Source: an uncultured Lysobacter sp.
GTDB lineage: Bacteria > Pseudomonadota > Gammaproteobacteria > Xanthomonadales > Xanthomonadaceae
NCBI GenBank assembly: GCA_964575535.1
Contig: CAZNRZ010000001.1
Span: forward strand, 1-42,113
Reading direction: 5' to 3'
DNA: 42,113 nt
The position numbers and the translations under genes are program-made. Below, one piece after another: positions 29,931-41,200 of this stretch (positions within the stretch are counted from its first letter, which is position 1; every line of letters starts with the position of its first letter). The notes under the pieces were generated by a model that did not search any database, was not told the DNA's origin, and saw only the letters and a program-made list of their open reading frames with translations.

Positions 29931-31289
29931 GTGAGCGAGTTCGTCGGATCGCTGTGGTGGCTGGTCGTCAGCCTGGGCGTGCTGGTCACGTTCCACGAGT
30001 TCGGCCACTACTGGGTCGCGCGGCGCTTCGGCGTGCGCGTGCTGCGGTTCTCGGTGGGTTTCGGGCGCCCGCTGTGGATGCGTCGCGGGCGGGACGGCAC
30101 CGAGTACGCCATCGCCGCGATCCCGCTCGGCGGCTACGTGAAGATGCTGGACGAGCGCGAGGCCGAGGTGCCCGCCGAGCACGTCCACGAGGCCTTCAAT
30201 CGCAAACCCGTGCTGCAGCGGATGGCGGTGGTCGTCGCCGGCCCTGCGGCCAACCTGCTGCTCTGCGTCGCCCTGCTCTGGGGCATGTTCGTGATCGGCC
30301 GGCCCGACTTCCTGGCGGAAGTGGGCCACGTGCAGGGCCTGGCGCAGGGCGCCGGTCTGCGCGCGGGCGACGTGATCCTCGCCGTCGACGGCCGCGCGAC
30401 CCCGACCTGGACCGAAGCCGAGCTCGCGCTCGTCCCCGCCGCGCTCGACCGCCGCGACGTGCAGCTGCGCGTGCGTACCGGCGGCGACCGCGAGATCACC
30501 CGCTCGCTGCGCCTGTCGCAGCTCCCCGCCGAGATCGACCAGATCCGCGCGGTCGAAGCCGCCGGCCTGCGTCCGCGCCATCGCGTGCAGCCGGCGCAGG
30601 TGGTCGCCACCGCGCCGGGCCTGCCGGCCACGGGCGTGCTCCTCCCCGGCGACGTGATCACCGCGGTCGACGGCCAGCCGGTGCAGTCAAGCCAGGACGT
30701 CGACCCGCTGGTGCAGGCGCTCGGGCGCCGCGGCGGCGCCGCGATGATCGAGGTCGAGCGCGCCGGCGAGCGGCTGGCGCTGGAAATGGCGCCGCGCCAG
30801 GCGCAGGTCGAGGGCGACACGCGCTGGCTGCTGGGCGTGACGCTGGGCCAGGCCGCCGCGCCGCGTCCGAATGCGCTGCTGCGCCATGGCCCGCTCGAGG
30901 CCGTCCCCGCCGCGGTGCGGGAAACCGCGCACCAGGCGCGCGAGCTGCTGGCCATGCTCGGCCGCGCGTTCACCGGCCGGGTCGACGTGCGCAACACCGT
31001 CGCCGGGCCGATCACGATCGCGCGGGCGACGAATGCCTATGCCTCGCAGGGCGTGGCCTGGTACCTCTCGATCCTCGCCATGCTCTCGCTCAGCCTGGGC
31101 ATCCTGAACCTGCTTCCGATCCCGATATTGGATGGCGGTCACCTGCTGTATTACCTTATCGAGCTGGTCAAAGGCCGTCCGTTGAGCGAACGGGCCATGG
31201 CCGCAGGGCAGTTCATCGGCCTGGCGCTCATCGCCGGCCTGATGGGGCTGGCCTTCTACAACGACATCGTGAACAACCTGCTGCGCTGA
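29931..31289 (+). CDS. rseP: RIP metalloprotease RseP
   Basis: HEFGH, IPLGGYVKM, two PDZ domains and NLLPIPILDGG; GTG start after GGAG. Confidence 0.96.
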   Translation: MSEFVGSLWWLVVSLGVLVTFHEFGHYWVARRFGVRVLRFSVGFGRPLWMRRGRDGTEYAIAAIPLGGYVKMLDEREAEVPAEHVHEAFNRKPVLQRMAVVVAGPAANLLLCVALLWGMFVIGRPDFLAEVGHVQGLAQGAGLRAGDVILAVDGRATPTWTEAELALVPAALDRRDVQLRVRTGGDREITRSLRLSQLPAEIDQIRAVEAAGLRPRHRVQPAQVVATAPGLPATGVLLPGDVITAVDGQPVQSSQDVDPLVQALGRRGGAAMIEVERAGERLALEMAPRQAQVEGDTRWLLGVTLGQAAAPRPNALLRHGPLEAVPAAVRETAHQARELLAMLGRAFTGRVDVRNTVAGPITIARATNAYASQGVAWYLSILAMLSLSLGILNLLPIPILDGGHLLYYLIELVKGRPLSERAMAAGQFIGLALIAGLMGLAFYNDIVNNLLR

Positions 31290-31362
31290 TGCCGGCCCAC
31301 GCCCGCCGATGCCCGCAACGCCGCGCCCTGCCTGTGGCGCTCCCCTGCTCCAACCGGACGTG

Positions 31363-33837
31363 ATGATGACGCGACCCCTGCCCCGCCGCCTGCTCGCCCT
31401 CGCCCTCGCCTCAGCGATCGCGGTGGTGCCGGTCGTCCCCGCCTTCGCCCAGTCGTTCTCGCCGTTCACCGCGAGCGATATCCGCGTCGACGGCCTGCAG
31501 CGCATTTCGGCCGGTACGGTCTTCACCTACCTGCCGATCGAGCGCGGCGACCCCGTCGATTCGGCGAATGCCGCCGACGCCATCCGCGCGCTCTACAAGA
31601 CCGGCTTCTTCGAGGACATCCGCCTCGACCGCCAGGGCGACATCCTCGTCGTCACCGTCGTCGAGCGGCCCGCGATCAACAAGCTCACGCTCACCGGCAA
31701 CAAGGACATCAAGTCCGAGGACCTGCTCAAGGGCCTGAACGACATCGGCCTGAGCGAAGGCGGCACCTTCGACCGCCTCGCGCTCGACCGCGTCACCCAG
31801 GAGCTCACGCGCCAGTACAACAACCGCGGCAAGTACAACGTCGAGATCACGCCGACGATCGCGCGCCTCGAGCGCAACCGCGTCGACGTCACCATCACGA
31901 TCAAGGAAGGCAAGGCGGCCAAGATCCGCCACATCAACCTGATCGGCAACGAGAAGTTCGAGGAAGAAGAGATCCGCGACACCTGGGAGTCGCGCGAGAG
32001 CAACTGGCTGAGCTGGTACCGCCGCGACGACCAGTACTCGCGCGAGAAGCTCTCGGGCGACCTCGAGAAGCTCAACGCCTACTACCTCGACCGCGGCTAC
32101 GTCGACTTCAGCGTGGACAATACGCAGGTCGCGATCAGCCCCGACCGCCGCGACATGTTCATCACCGCCGGCCTCACCGAGGGCGAGCAGTACACGGTGT
32201 CGGGCGTGGAGATCACCGGCGACACCATCCTCCCGAAGGAAGAGATCCAGAAGCGCGTGATCGTGCAGGAAGGCCAGGTCTTCTCGCGTCGCCTGCTGGA
32301 GCTGACCTCCGACTCGATCACCGCCGCGCTCGGCAACGTGGGCTACGCGTTCGCGCAGGTCAACACGGTGCCGGACATCGATCGCGAGAAGAAGACGGTC
32401 GGCATCAACCTGCAGGTCGTGCCGGGCCCGCGCGTCAACGTGCGCCGCATCGTGTTCAAGGGCAATACGCGCACGTCGGATGAGGTGCTGCGCCGCGAGA
32501 TGCGCCAGTTCGAGGGCAGCTGGTATTCGCAGGCCGCGCTCGACCGTTCCAAGATCCGCCTGCAGGGCCTGGGTTTCTTCGAGAGCGTGGACGTGGAGAC
32601 GCAGCCGGTCGCCGGCTCGCCCGACCAGGTCGACGTCGCGGTCAACGTCAAGGAAACCACGTCCGGCAGCTTCGTCTTCGGCCTCGGCTATTCGCAGCTC
32701 ACGGGCCTGACCACGCAGATCCAGCTGTCGCAGAACAACTTCCTGGGCAGCGGCAACCGCGTGTCCGTGCAGGCCAACCGCAATTCCTACCTGCAGCGCT
32801 ACGACTTCTCGTTCCTCAATCCGTACTTCACCGACAGCGGCGTCTCGCTCGGCTACAACCTCTGGTGGCGCGAGTTCGACAACTCCGACTTCAACACGGC
32901 GCAGTACTCGTCGACCAGCGGCGCGGCGCAGGCGGTGATGGGAATTCCGATCTCGGAAACCGACACCATCAACCTGATGATGGGCATCGACAGCAACGAG
33001 ATCTTCGCGATCCCGGGTTCGACGCCGATTCCGCTGGTGGAGTACATCGACGCCGTCGGCCAGCGCACCTTCCATACCTGGCGCATGCAGGTCGGCTGGG
33101 GTCGTAACTCGCTCGACAACTTCCTCGCGCCGAACACCGGCATGCTGCAGCGCTTCGGTGCGGAAATCGCGCTTCCGGGCTCGACCGCCGAGTACTTCAA
33201 GCTCACCTACGAGATCTCGAAGTTCTGGCGCCTCAACCGCCACCTCGTGCTCAACACGCGCGCCGACCTGGGCTATGGCGACAGCTATGGCGACGACTTC
33301 GTGCGCAACATCTGCTTCACGCCGGGCACCGTGGTGGACACCGACAACGATCCGGCCACGCCGCCGGTATTCGTGCCGGGCGCCACTCCGACCGTGCCCT
33401 GCGAGACCTCGTCGCCCGACTACCGCAACACGATCACCGCCGGCGGCCTGCCGTTCTTCGAGAACTTCTACGCGGGCGGCGTGCGCTCGGTGCGCGGCTT
33501 CGCCGACAACACCCTCGGCCCGCGCTCGGTTCCCTTTGCGGGCGCCACCTACGCACAGCCGATCGGCGGCGCGCTCAAGACGACCGGCTCGCTGGAGATG
33601 TTCTTCCCGACGCTGTTCGACAGCCCGGCGGCACGCATCTCGGCCTTCGTCGACGTCGGTAACGTCTTCGCCGACGTGGACAGCTTCGATGCCGGCGAAC
33701 TGCGCGCGTCCACCGGCGTGGCGCTGATGTGGCGCTCGCCCATGGGCCCGATCTCGATCAGCTACGCCATCCCGCTGCGCAAGGAAGACGGCGACGAGAC
33801 CGAGAACCTGCAGTTCACCTTCGGCGGCGTGTTCTGA
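31363..33837 (+). CDS. bamA: Outer membrane protein assembly factor BamA
   Basis: Signal peptide, POTRA repeats (IRVDGLQRI, IVFKGNTRTSDEVLRRE), SVRGF, WRSPMGPI and terminal Phe. Confidence 0.97.
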   Translation: MMTRPLPRRLLALALASAIAVVPVVPAFAQSFSPFTASDIRVDGLQRISAGTVFTYLPIERGDPVDSANAADAIRALYKTGFFEDIRLDRQGDILVVTVVERPAINKLTLTGNKDIKSEDLLKGLNDIGLSEGGTFDRLALDRVTQELTRQYNNRGKYNVEITPTIARLERNRVDVTITIKEGKAAKIRHINLIGNEKFEEEEIRDTWESRESNWLSWYRRDDQYSREKLSGDLEKLNAYYLDRGYVDFSVDNTQVAISPDRRDMFITAGLTEGEQYTVSGVEITGDTILPKEEIQKRVIVQEGQVFSRRLLELTSDSITAALGNVGYAFAQVNTVPDIDREKKTVGINLQVVPGPRVNVRRIVFKGNTRTSDEVLRREMRQFEGSWYSQAALDRSKIRLQGLGFFESVDVETQPVAGSPDQVDVAVNVKETTSGSFVFGLGYSQLTGLTTQIQLSQNNFLGSGNRVSVQANRNSYLQRYDFSFLNPYFTDSGVSLGYNLWWREFDNSDFNTAQYSSTSGAAQAVMGIPISETDTINLMMGIDSNEIFAIPGSTPIPLVEYIDAVGQRTFHTWRMQVGWGRNSLDNFLAPNTGMLQRFGAEIALPGSTAEYFKLTYEISKFWRLNRHLVLNTRADLGYGDSYGDDFVRNICFTPGTVVDTDNDPATPPVFVPGATPTVPCETSSPDYRNTITAGGLPFFENFYAGGVRSVRGFADNTLGPRSVPFAGATYAQPIGGALKTTGSLEMFFPTLFDSPAARISAFVDVGNVFADVDSFDAGELRASTGVALMWRSPMGPISISYAIPLRKEDGDETENLQFTFGGVF

Positions 33838-33844
33838 CCACGGC

Positions 33845-34864
33845 ATGAGCGCGCCGGCTCGCCCGCGTTTCACGGCCGGCGAGCTGGCCGGCCGCTTCGG
33901 CCTCGAGCTGAGGGGCGATGGCGACCGGGCGGTCGAGGGCGTCGGGACGCTCGCGCGCGCGCAGGCCGGCGAGCTGTCGTTCCTCGCCAACACGAAGTAC
34001 CGGTCCCAGCTCGAAACCTCCACTGCCGGCGTGGTGGTCACACGCGCCGACGACGCCGACGCGGTACGCACCACCGCGCTCGTCGCGCGCGATCCGTACT
34101 CGGCCTACGCGCGCATCGCCGCGCTGTTCGAGCCGCGCCCGCTGCGCACGCCCGGGGTGCATCCGTCGGCCGTGATCGATCCGAGCGCCGACATAGCGCC
34201 CGATGCGCATGTCGGCCCGCACGTGTCGATCGGCGCGCGCAGCGTGGTCGGGCGCGGCGCGGTGATCGGCGCCGGCTGCGTGATCGGCGAGGACTGCGTC
34301 GTTGGCGAGGGCAGCGAGCTGGTCGCGCGCGTCACGCTGGTCACGCGCGTGCGGCTCGGCGCCCGGGTGCTGGTGCATCCCGGCGCGGTGCTCGGCGCGG
34401 ACGGCTTCGGCATCGCGATGGACCAGGGCGCCTGGCTGAAGGTGCCGCAGCTCGGCGGCGTGGTCATAGGCGACGATTGCGAGATCGGTGCCAACACTAC
34501 CATCGACCGCGGCGCCATCGAGGACACCGTGCTCGAGGAGGATGTCCGCCTCGACAACCAGATCCAGATCGCGCACAACGTGCGTGTGGGCGCGCATACC
34601 GCGATGGCCGGCTGCGTCGCGGTCGCCGGCAGCACACGCATCGGCCGCTACTGCCTGATCGGCGGCGCGGCAGGCATCGTCGGGCACATCGAGATCTGCG
34701 ACCGCGTCGTGGTCACCGCGATGAGCCTCGTGACGGCGTCCATTCGCGAGCCGGGCGAGTATTCCTCGGGCACGCCATTGATGGACAACCGTACATGGCG
34801 TCGCAATGCGGCGCGCTTCCGCCAGCTCGATGCGCTCTTCCGTCGGCTGCGACGCGAAGACTGA
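33845..34864 (+). CDS. lpxD: UDP-3-O-(3-hydroxyacyl)glucosamine N-acyltransferase
   Basis: Hexapeptide repeats; GADGFG, IGANTTIDRGA and LDNQIQIAHNV motifs. Confidence 0.96.
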   Translation: MSAPARPRFTAGELAGRFGLELRGDGDRAVEGVGTLARAQAGELSFLANTKYRSQLETSTAGVVVTRADDADAVRTTALVARDPYSAYARIAALFEPRPLRTPGVHPSAVIDPSADIAPDAHVGPHVSIGARSVVGRGAVIGAGCVIGEDCVVGEGSELVARVTLVTRVRLGARVLVHPGAVLGADGFGIAMDQGAWLKVPQLGGVVIGDDCEIGANTTIDRGAIEDTVLEEDVRLDNQIQIAHNVRVGAHTAMAGCVAVAGSTRIGRYCLIGGAAGIVGHIEICDRVVVTAMSLVTASIREPGEYSSGTPLMDNRTWRRNAARFRQLDALFRRLRRED

Positions 34865-34954
34865 AACCCTACGGCGGCGAACGTGCCACGGGCCCCGTAT
34901 GATTGCGCGTTTCCACATGCCGCACGCGCAGCGTCCGGCGGCCGGGACGACACC

Positions 34955-35422
34955 ATGACCCACTCCGTGCAGCTTCCCCTCGACGTCCGCGGCATCCAGT
35001 CGCTGCTGCCGCATCGCTATCCGTTCCTGCTGGTCGATCGCGTCGTCGAGTTCGAGCCGCGCAAGCGGGTGCTCGCCTACAAGAACGTCAGTTGCAACGA
35101 GCCGTTCTTCAACGGCCATTTCCCCGGCAATCCGGTCATGCCGGGCGTGCTCGTCGTCGAAGCGCTTGCGCAGGCCGGTGGGCTGCTCACCACGCTCACC
35201 GCACAGGCCGAAGGCATCGAGAAGGTCGGCGAGAAGCTGTTCTACCTGGTCAAGGTGGACAACGCGAAGTTCATGAAGATGGTGGTGCCGGGCGATCGGC
35301 TGGAGCTCGAGGTCGAGCTCAAGCGCCACATCCGCAACATGGCGATGTACGCGGGCATCGCGCGAGTGGACGGCGAGCAGGTGGCCTGCGCGGAGATCCT
35401 CTGCGCCGAGGCGCAGGGCTGA
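34955..35422 (+). CDS. fabZ: 3-hydroxyacyl-ACP dehydratase
   Basis: [13 protein letters not shown] and [20 protein letters not shown] motifs. Confidence 0.97.
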   Translation: MTHSVQLPLDVRGIQSLLPHRYPFLLVDRVVEFEPRKRVLAYKNVSCNEPFFNGHFPGNPVMPGVLVVEALAQAGGLLTTLTAQAEGIEKVGEKLFYLVKVDNAKFMKMVVPGDRLELEVELKRHIRNMAMYAGIARVDGEQVACAEILCAEAQG

Positions 35423-35424
35423 GC

Positions 35425-36207
35425 GTGGGCGCGCGCGTCCATCCGAGCGCCGTGGTCGAAGCGGGCGCGCGGCTGGCCGACGGCGTGGTCGTCGGCGCGT
35501 TCTGCTACATCGGCGACGGCGTCGAGGTGGGCGCGGGCACGACGTTCGGGCCGCACTGCAGCGTCACCGGCCCCACGCGCATCGGGCGCGACAACCGCTT
35601 CGTCGGCCACTGCGCCGTCGGCGGCGATCCCCAGGACAAGAAATTCGCGGGCGAGACCGTAGAGCTCGTCATCGGCGACGGCAACACGGTGCGCGAGTTC
35701 GTCACGCTCAATCGCGGCACCGGCAGCGGTGGCGGCTGCACGCGCATCGGCAGCCACAACTGGCTGCTGGCGTACGTGCACGTCGCGCACGACTGCCATG
35801 TCGGCGACCACTGCGTGTTCTCCAACAACGCCACGCTCGCCGGGCATGTCACGGTGGGCGATCATGTGATCCTCAGCGGCTTCGCCGGCGTGCACCAGTT
35901 CTGCCGTATCGGCGCGCATGCGTTCGTGGGCATGGGCGCATTCGTCAACGGCGACGTGCCGCCGTTCGTGATGGTCGCGCAGCAGGACTACGGCCACCCG
36001 CGCGGCATCAATGCCGAGGGCCTGAAGCGGCGCGGCTTCGACGCCGAGCGCATCGCCGCGATCAAGCGTGCCTACCGCGCGCTCTACGTGGCCGGCGGCT
36101 CGCTGGACGAGGCCCGCGCGAAGCTGGCGGAAATCGCCGGCGAGAGCGAGGACGTGCGGCTGCTGCTGGAATTCGTCAACGCGGGCGAGCGGCCGTTGTT
36201 GCGGTGA
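35425..36207 (+). CDS. lpxA: UDP-N-acetylglucosamine O-acyltransferase
   Basis: VHPSAVV, PQDKK, HVAHDC, GVHQF and [12 protein letters not shown] motifs. GTG start assumed. Confidence 0.94.
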   Translation: MGARVHPSAVVEAGARLADGVVVGAFCYIGDGVEVGAGTTFGPHCSVTGPTRIGRDNRFVGHCAVGGDPQDKKFAGETVELVIGDGNTVREFVTLNRGTGSGGGCTRIGSHNWLLAYVHVAHDCHVGDHCVFSNNATLAGHVTVGDHVILSGFAGVHQFCRIGAHAFVGMGAFVNGDVPPFVMVAQQDYGHPRGINAEGLKRRGFDAERIAAIKRAYRALYVAGGSLDEARAKLAEIAGESEDVRLLLEFVNAGERPLLR

Positions 36208-36322
36208 TTGGTGATTCGTGACTGGTGATTCGAAAAAGCCGACGTCCGAAGCCGACGTCGTCGACACGTCCGGGCTCCCGCTGCCTGCTGCCTCGAATCA
36301 CCAGTCACCGATCACCGATCGC
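36204..36322. repeat. Inverted heptamer-array hairpin at the lpxA/lpxB junction
   Basis: Left arm GTGATTG GTGATTC GTGACTG GTGATTC; right arm GAATCAC CAGTCAC CGATCAC CGATCGC. 36218-36233 pairs perfectly with 36293-36308. Confidence 0.85.
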
Positions 36323-37489
36323 GGCGTCAAACGTGTCGCCATCGTCGCCGGCGAGGCCTCGGGCGACCTGCTCGGCGCCGGCCTGATGGACGCACTGCGC
36401 GCGCACTGGCCCGATGCCGAATTCGCCGGCATCGGCGGCGATCGCATGCGCGAGGCCGGCTTCGATGCCTGGCACGACGCCGGCGAGCTGGCCGTCATGG
36501 GACTGGCCGAGGTGCTGCGCCACCTGCCGCGCCTGCTGCGCCTGCGCCGCACGCTGCGCGAGCGCACGCTCGCGTGGAAGCCCGACGTGTTCATCGGCAT
36601 CGATGCGCCCGACTTCAATCTCGGGGTCGAGCGCTGGCTGAAGACGCGCGGCATCGCGACCGCGCACTATGTGAGCCCGTCGGTCTGGGCCTGGCGCGAG
36701 GGGCGTGCGGCGAAGATCGGTCGCTCCGCCGACCGCGTGCTCTGCCTGTTCCCGATGGAGCCGGCGATCTACGCGAAGCACGGCGTCGACGCGCGCTTCG
36801 TCGGTCATCCACTGGCCGACACCATGCCGCTCGAACCCGACCGCGCCGCCGCGCGCGCCGCGCTGGGGATCCCCGCGGATGCACCGGTACTCGCGCTCCT
36901 GCCCGGCTCGCGCACCGGCGAGATCGAACGCCTCGGCGCCGACTTCCTCGCCGCGGCCGCGCGCGTGCGCGCCGAGGTGCCCGCGCTCCGCGTCGTCGCG
37001 CCCATGGCCGGCGATGGAGCGCGGCAGACCTTCGAGCGCGTGCTCGCCGCCTCGCCGGCGCGCGATGCGCTGGGCGATGCGCTCACGGTGATCGATGGGC
37101 GCTCGCGCGAGTTGATGATCGCCAGCGATGTGATCCTGCTCGCCTCCGGCACCGCGACGCTCGAGGGCATGCTCGCCAAGCGGCCGATGGTGGTGGGCTA
37201 TCGCGTCGCAGCGAGCACGTACCGGCTGGTCAAGGGGCTGGGCATGCTCAAGGTGAGCCGCTACGCGCTGCCCAACATCCTCGCCGGCGAAACACTGGTG
37301 CCCGAGCTGATGCAGGACGACTGCGCGCCGCCGAAGCTCGCCGGCGCCGTGTTGCACTGGCTGCGCGATCCGGCTGCGGTGGACGCGCTGGAGCCGAGGT
37401 TCATGAACCTGCACGCCCAGCTGCGCCGCGATGCCTCGGCGCAGGCCGCCGCGGCCATCGTCGAGCTCGTATCCTCGCGCCATGGCTGA
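36218..37489 (+). CDS. lpxB: Lipid-A-disaccharide synthase
   Basis: [34 protein letters not shown] and SGTATLE motifs. Confidence 0.95.
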   Translation: MTGDSKKPTSEADVVDTSGLPLPAASNHQSPITDRGVKRVAIVAGEASGDLLGAGLMDALRAHWPDAEFAGIGGDRMREAGFDAWHDAGELAVMGLAEVLRHLPRLLRLRRTLRERTLAWKPDVFIGIDAPDFNLGVERWLKTRGIATAHYVSPSVWAWREGRAAKIGRSADRVLCLFPMEPAIYAKHGVDARFVGHPLADTMPLEPDRAAARAALGIPADAPVLALLPGSRTGEIERLGADFLAAAARVRAEVPALRVVAPMAGDGARQTFERVLAASPARDALGDALTVIDGRSRELMIASDVILLASGTATLEGMLAKRPMVVGYRVAASTYRLVKGLGMLKVSRYALPNILAGETLVPELMQDDCAPPKLAGAVLHWLRDPAAVDALEPRFMNLHAQLRRDASAQAAAAIVELVSSRHG

Positions 37490-38174
37490 CACCGCGCCGC
37501 AGCTCGCCTTCGACATCGCCACGCAGCGCCCCTCGCAGCGCATCGCCGGCGTCGACGAGGCCGGCCGCGGCCCGCTGGCGGGGCCCGTGGTCGTCGCGGC
37601 CGTGGTGTTCGCGCCCGGCCGCACGCCGATCAACGGCCTCAACGATTCCAAGCAGCTCGACGCCGCGCGCCGCGAAGTGCTCGCGCCGCGCATCCGCGAG
37701 CGCGCGCTCGCCTGGCACGTCGCCGTGATCGACGTGGGCACCATCGACCGCCTCAACATCTTCCACGCCACGATGCTGGGCATGCGCGAGTGCGTGGAGG
37801 CCGTGCGCGATGCGATCGACCTCGCGCGCATCGACGGCAACGTCGTGCCCAAGGGCCTGCCCTGCCCCGGCGAGGCCTGGGTGGGCGGCGATGCGCGCTG
37901 CCGCTCGATCATGGCCGCATCCATCCTCGCCAAGACCCATCGCGACGCGCTGATGGTCGAGCTGCACGCGCGCCATCCGCAGTACGGCTTCGACCAGCAC
38001 AAGGGCTATTCGACGCCGCAGCACCTCGCCGCGCTGGCCGCGCACGGGCCCTGCCCGGAGCACCGTCGCAGCTTCGCGCCGGTGCGCGGCGCGCTGCGCG
38101 GGCCGGAGCTGAACCTGCTGGATTCGATCGTCGCGGAGAGCGTGTCAAGTCCTGACCCCGAGACGGTCGGCTGA
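37482..38174 (+). CDS. rnhB: Ribonuclease HII
   Basis: [24 protein letters not shown] and AASILAK motifs. Confidence 0.96.
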   Translation: MADTAPQLAFDIATQRPSQRIAGVDEAGRGPLAGPVVVAAVVFAPGRTPINGLNDSKQLDAARREVLAPRIRERALAWHVAVIDVGTIDRLNIFHATMLGMRECVEAVRDAIDLARIDGNVVPKGLPCPGEAWVGGDARCRSIMAASILAKTHRDALMVELHARHPQYGFDQHKGYSTPQHLAALAAHGPCPEHRRSFAPVRGALRGPELNLLDSIVAESVSSPDPETVG

Positions 38175-38225
38175 TAGGCTTCAGGGCCGCCGCGCCGAGC
38201 CGCGAACCCGGCCCGACCCGACCGC

Positions 38226-41200
38226 ATGTCCTCCCGCTTCGTCCACCTCCACCTGCACAGCGAGTACTCGCTCGCCGACTCGACGATCCGCATCGGCGAG
38301 CTGGTGAAGCGCTGCGTGCAGCTCGGCCAGCCTGCAGTCGCGCTGACCGACATCAACAATCTCTTCGCCGCGGTGAAGTTCTACAAGGCGGCCGAAGGCG
38401 CGGGCATCAAGCCCATCCTCGGCGCCGACGTCGCGCTGGCCGACGGCAACGAGGCGCCCTCGCGGATGACGCTGCTCTGCCGCGACCGCAGCGGCTACCT
38501 CACGCTCTCGCGCCTGCTCTCGCGCATGTGGATGGAAGGCCATCGCAACGACGGCGTGGCCATGCGCCCCGACTGGCTGCGCGCCGACAACGCCGGCCTG
38601 TTCGCGCTCGCCGGGCGCGATTCGCTGGCCGCACAGCTGGCCGCGGGCGGCCGCCACGACCTCGCCGAAGCCTGGCTGGTCGACTGGCGCGATGCGCTGG
38701 GCGAGCGCCTGCACCTGGAACTCACCCGCACGCAGCGCAAGGGCGAGGATGCGTTCAACGCGTTCGCGCTGCATGCCTCGTCCCTGCGCGACATCCCGGT
38801 GGTGGCGAGCAACGACGTGCGCTTCCTCGACGAGAGCGGCTACGAGGCCCACGAGGCCCGCGTGTGCATCTCCACCGGCCGCGTGCTCGACGACCCCAAG
38901 CGCCCGCGCGAGTACGGGCCGCAGCAGTACCTGCGCTCCTGCGAGGAAATGGACGCGCTGTTCGCCGATGTGCCGGACGCGATCTCGAACGCGCACGCAT
39001 TGGCGATGCGCTGCAACGTCGAGATGAAGCTGGGCGAGTACGCGCTGCCCGCGTTTCCCGTACCCAGCGAGCACACCATCGAGTCCTGGCTGCGCGGCAC
39101 CGCGCGTGACGGGCTTGAAAAGCGCCTGGATAAGGCGCCGCCATCCGACGGCCGCACCCGCGAGGACTACGACGCGCGCCTGGAGCGCGAGCTCGACGTC
39201 ATCATCCGCATGGGCTTCCCCGGCTACTTCCTGATCGTCGCGGACTTCATCAACTGGGGTAAGCAGCAGGGCATCCCGGTGGGCCCCGGGCGCGGCTCCG
39301 GCGCCGGCTCGCTGGTGGCCTGGGCGCTGGGCATCACCGACCTCGATCCCCTGCCCTACGACCTGCTGTTCGAGCGCTTCCTCAATCCCGAGCGCGTGTC
39401 GATGCCCGACTTCGACATCGACTTCTGCATGGACCGCCGCGACGAGGTGATCGATTACGTCGCGCGCAAGTACGGTCGTGATCGCGTCTCGCAGATCATC
39501 ACGTACGGCACCATGTCGGCGAAGGCGGTGGTGCGCGACTGCGGCCGCGTGCTCGGGCACGGCTACGGCTTCGTCGATTCGATTTCCAAGCTGATCCCGC
39601 TGATCCCGGCCGACCCGCTCTCGCTCGACGACGTGCTCGGCCGCAGCGAGCGCGCGAAGAAGGATCCGGAGCGCTCGATCGGCGAGTTCATCACCCGCTA
39701 CAACGCCGAGGACGACGTGCGCGACCTCGTCGACCTCGCGCTGCAGCTGGAGGATTTGACGCGCAACGCCGGCAAGCACGCGGGCGGCGTGGTGATCGCG
39801 CCGAGCCCGCTCAGCGACTTCTGCCCGCTGTTCGCCGAACACGACGAAGGCGGCCGCGGGCGCAATCCGGTCACGCAGTTCGACAAGGACGACGTCGAGG
39901 CCGTGGGCCTGGTGAAGTTCGACTTCCTCGGCCTGCGCACGCTCACGATCATCGACTGGGCGGTGAAGGCCATCAACGCGCGCCGCGCGAAGGAAGGCGG
40001 CGCGCCGATCGACATCATCAGCCTGCCGCTCGACGATCGGAAGGCCTACGAGGTCTTCGCGCGCGGCGACACGGTGGCGGTGTTCCAGTTCGAATCGCGC
40101 GGCATGCGCGAGCTGCTCAAGCGCGCGCAGCCCGACCGCTTCGACGACCTCATCGCGCTGGTGTCGCTGTACCGACCGGGCCCGATGGACCTGATCCCCG
40201 ACTTCATCGAGCGCAAGCACGGCCGGCAGGAGGTGCAGTACCCGCACCCGCTGCTGGAGCCGGTGCTGGCGCCCACCTACGGCGTCGTGGTCTACCAGGA
40301 ACAGGTGATGCAGACCGCTCAGATCCTGGGCGGTTATTCGCTGGGCGGCGCCGATCTTCTCCGCCGCGCGATGGGCAAGAAGAAGCCCGAGGAGATGGCC
40401 AAGGAGCGCGTGAAGTTCGAGGCCGGCGCGAAGGAGCACCACGGCATCGAGCCCAACGTCTCGGGCCCGATCTTCGACCTGCTGGAGAAATTCGCAGGCT
40501 ACGGCTTCAACAAGTCGCACGCCGCGGCCTATGCGTTGGTCTCGTACCAGACCGCGTGGCTGAAGGCGCACTACCCGGCCGAGTTCATGGCCGCGGTGCT
40601 GTCCTCTGACATGGACAACACCGACAAGGTCACGGGCTTCCTCGACGAAGCCCGCACGATGGGCCTTACCGTGCTGCCGCCGGACGTCAACGAATCGGCC
40701 TACATGTTCTGCGCGACCACGCCTGACACCATCCGTTACGGCATCGGCGCCGTGAAGGGCGTGGGCCGCGGCGCCTGCGAGGCCATCGTGGAGGCGCGAC
40801 GCGCCGCGCCGTTCGAGGACCTGCTCGACCTCGCCCAGCGCTGCGATGGCGGCCGCCTCAACCGCCGCGTGCTGGAAGCGCTCGCGCAGGCCGGCGCCTT
40901 GGATGCGCTCGGGAAGAACCGCGCCAGCCTGATGCTGCAGGTGCCCGAGGTGCTGCGCGCCACCGACCAGCTCTCGAAAGAGCTGGCCGCCGGCCAGGCC
41001 TCGCTGTTCGGCGGAGTCGACACCGCCGCGCCCGCGCTGCGCATCGACCTGCCCGAAGCCGACGAATGGCCGATCCGCCGCGTGCTCGAAGCCGAGCGCG
41101 ACACGCTGGGCCATTACCTCAGCGGCCATCCGTTCGATCCGCACCGCGAGGACGTGCACGGCCTGGTCGGCTTCCACCTGGGCGACCTGGAGCGCATCTG

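Noticed and set aside
33838-33844. Absence of skp between bamA and lpxD
   Set aside because: Differs from E. coli but, to my knowledge, is the usual arrangement in Xanthomonadaceae; no remnant is visible.
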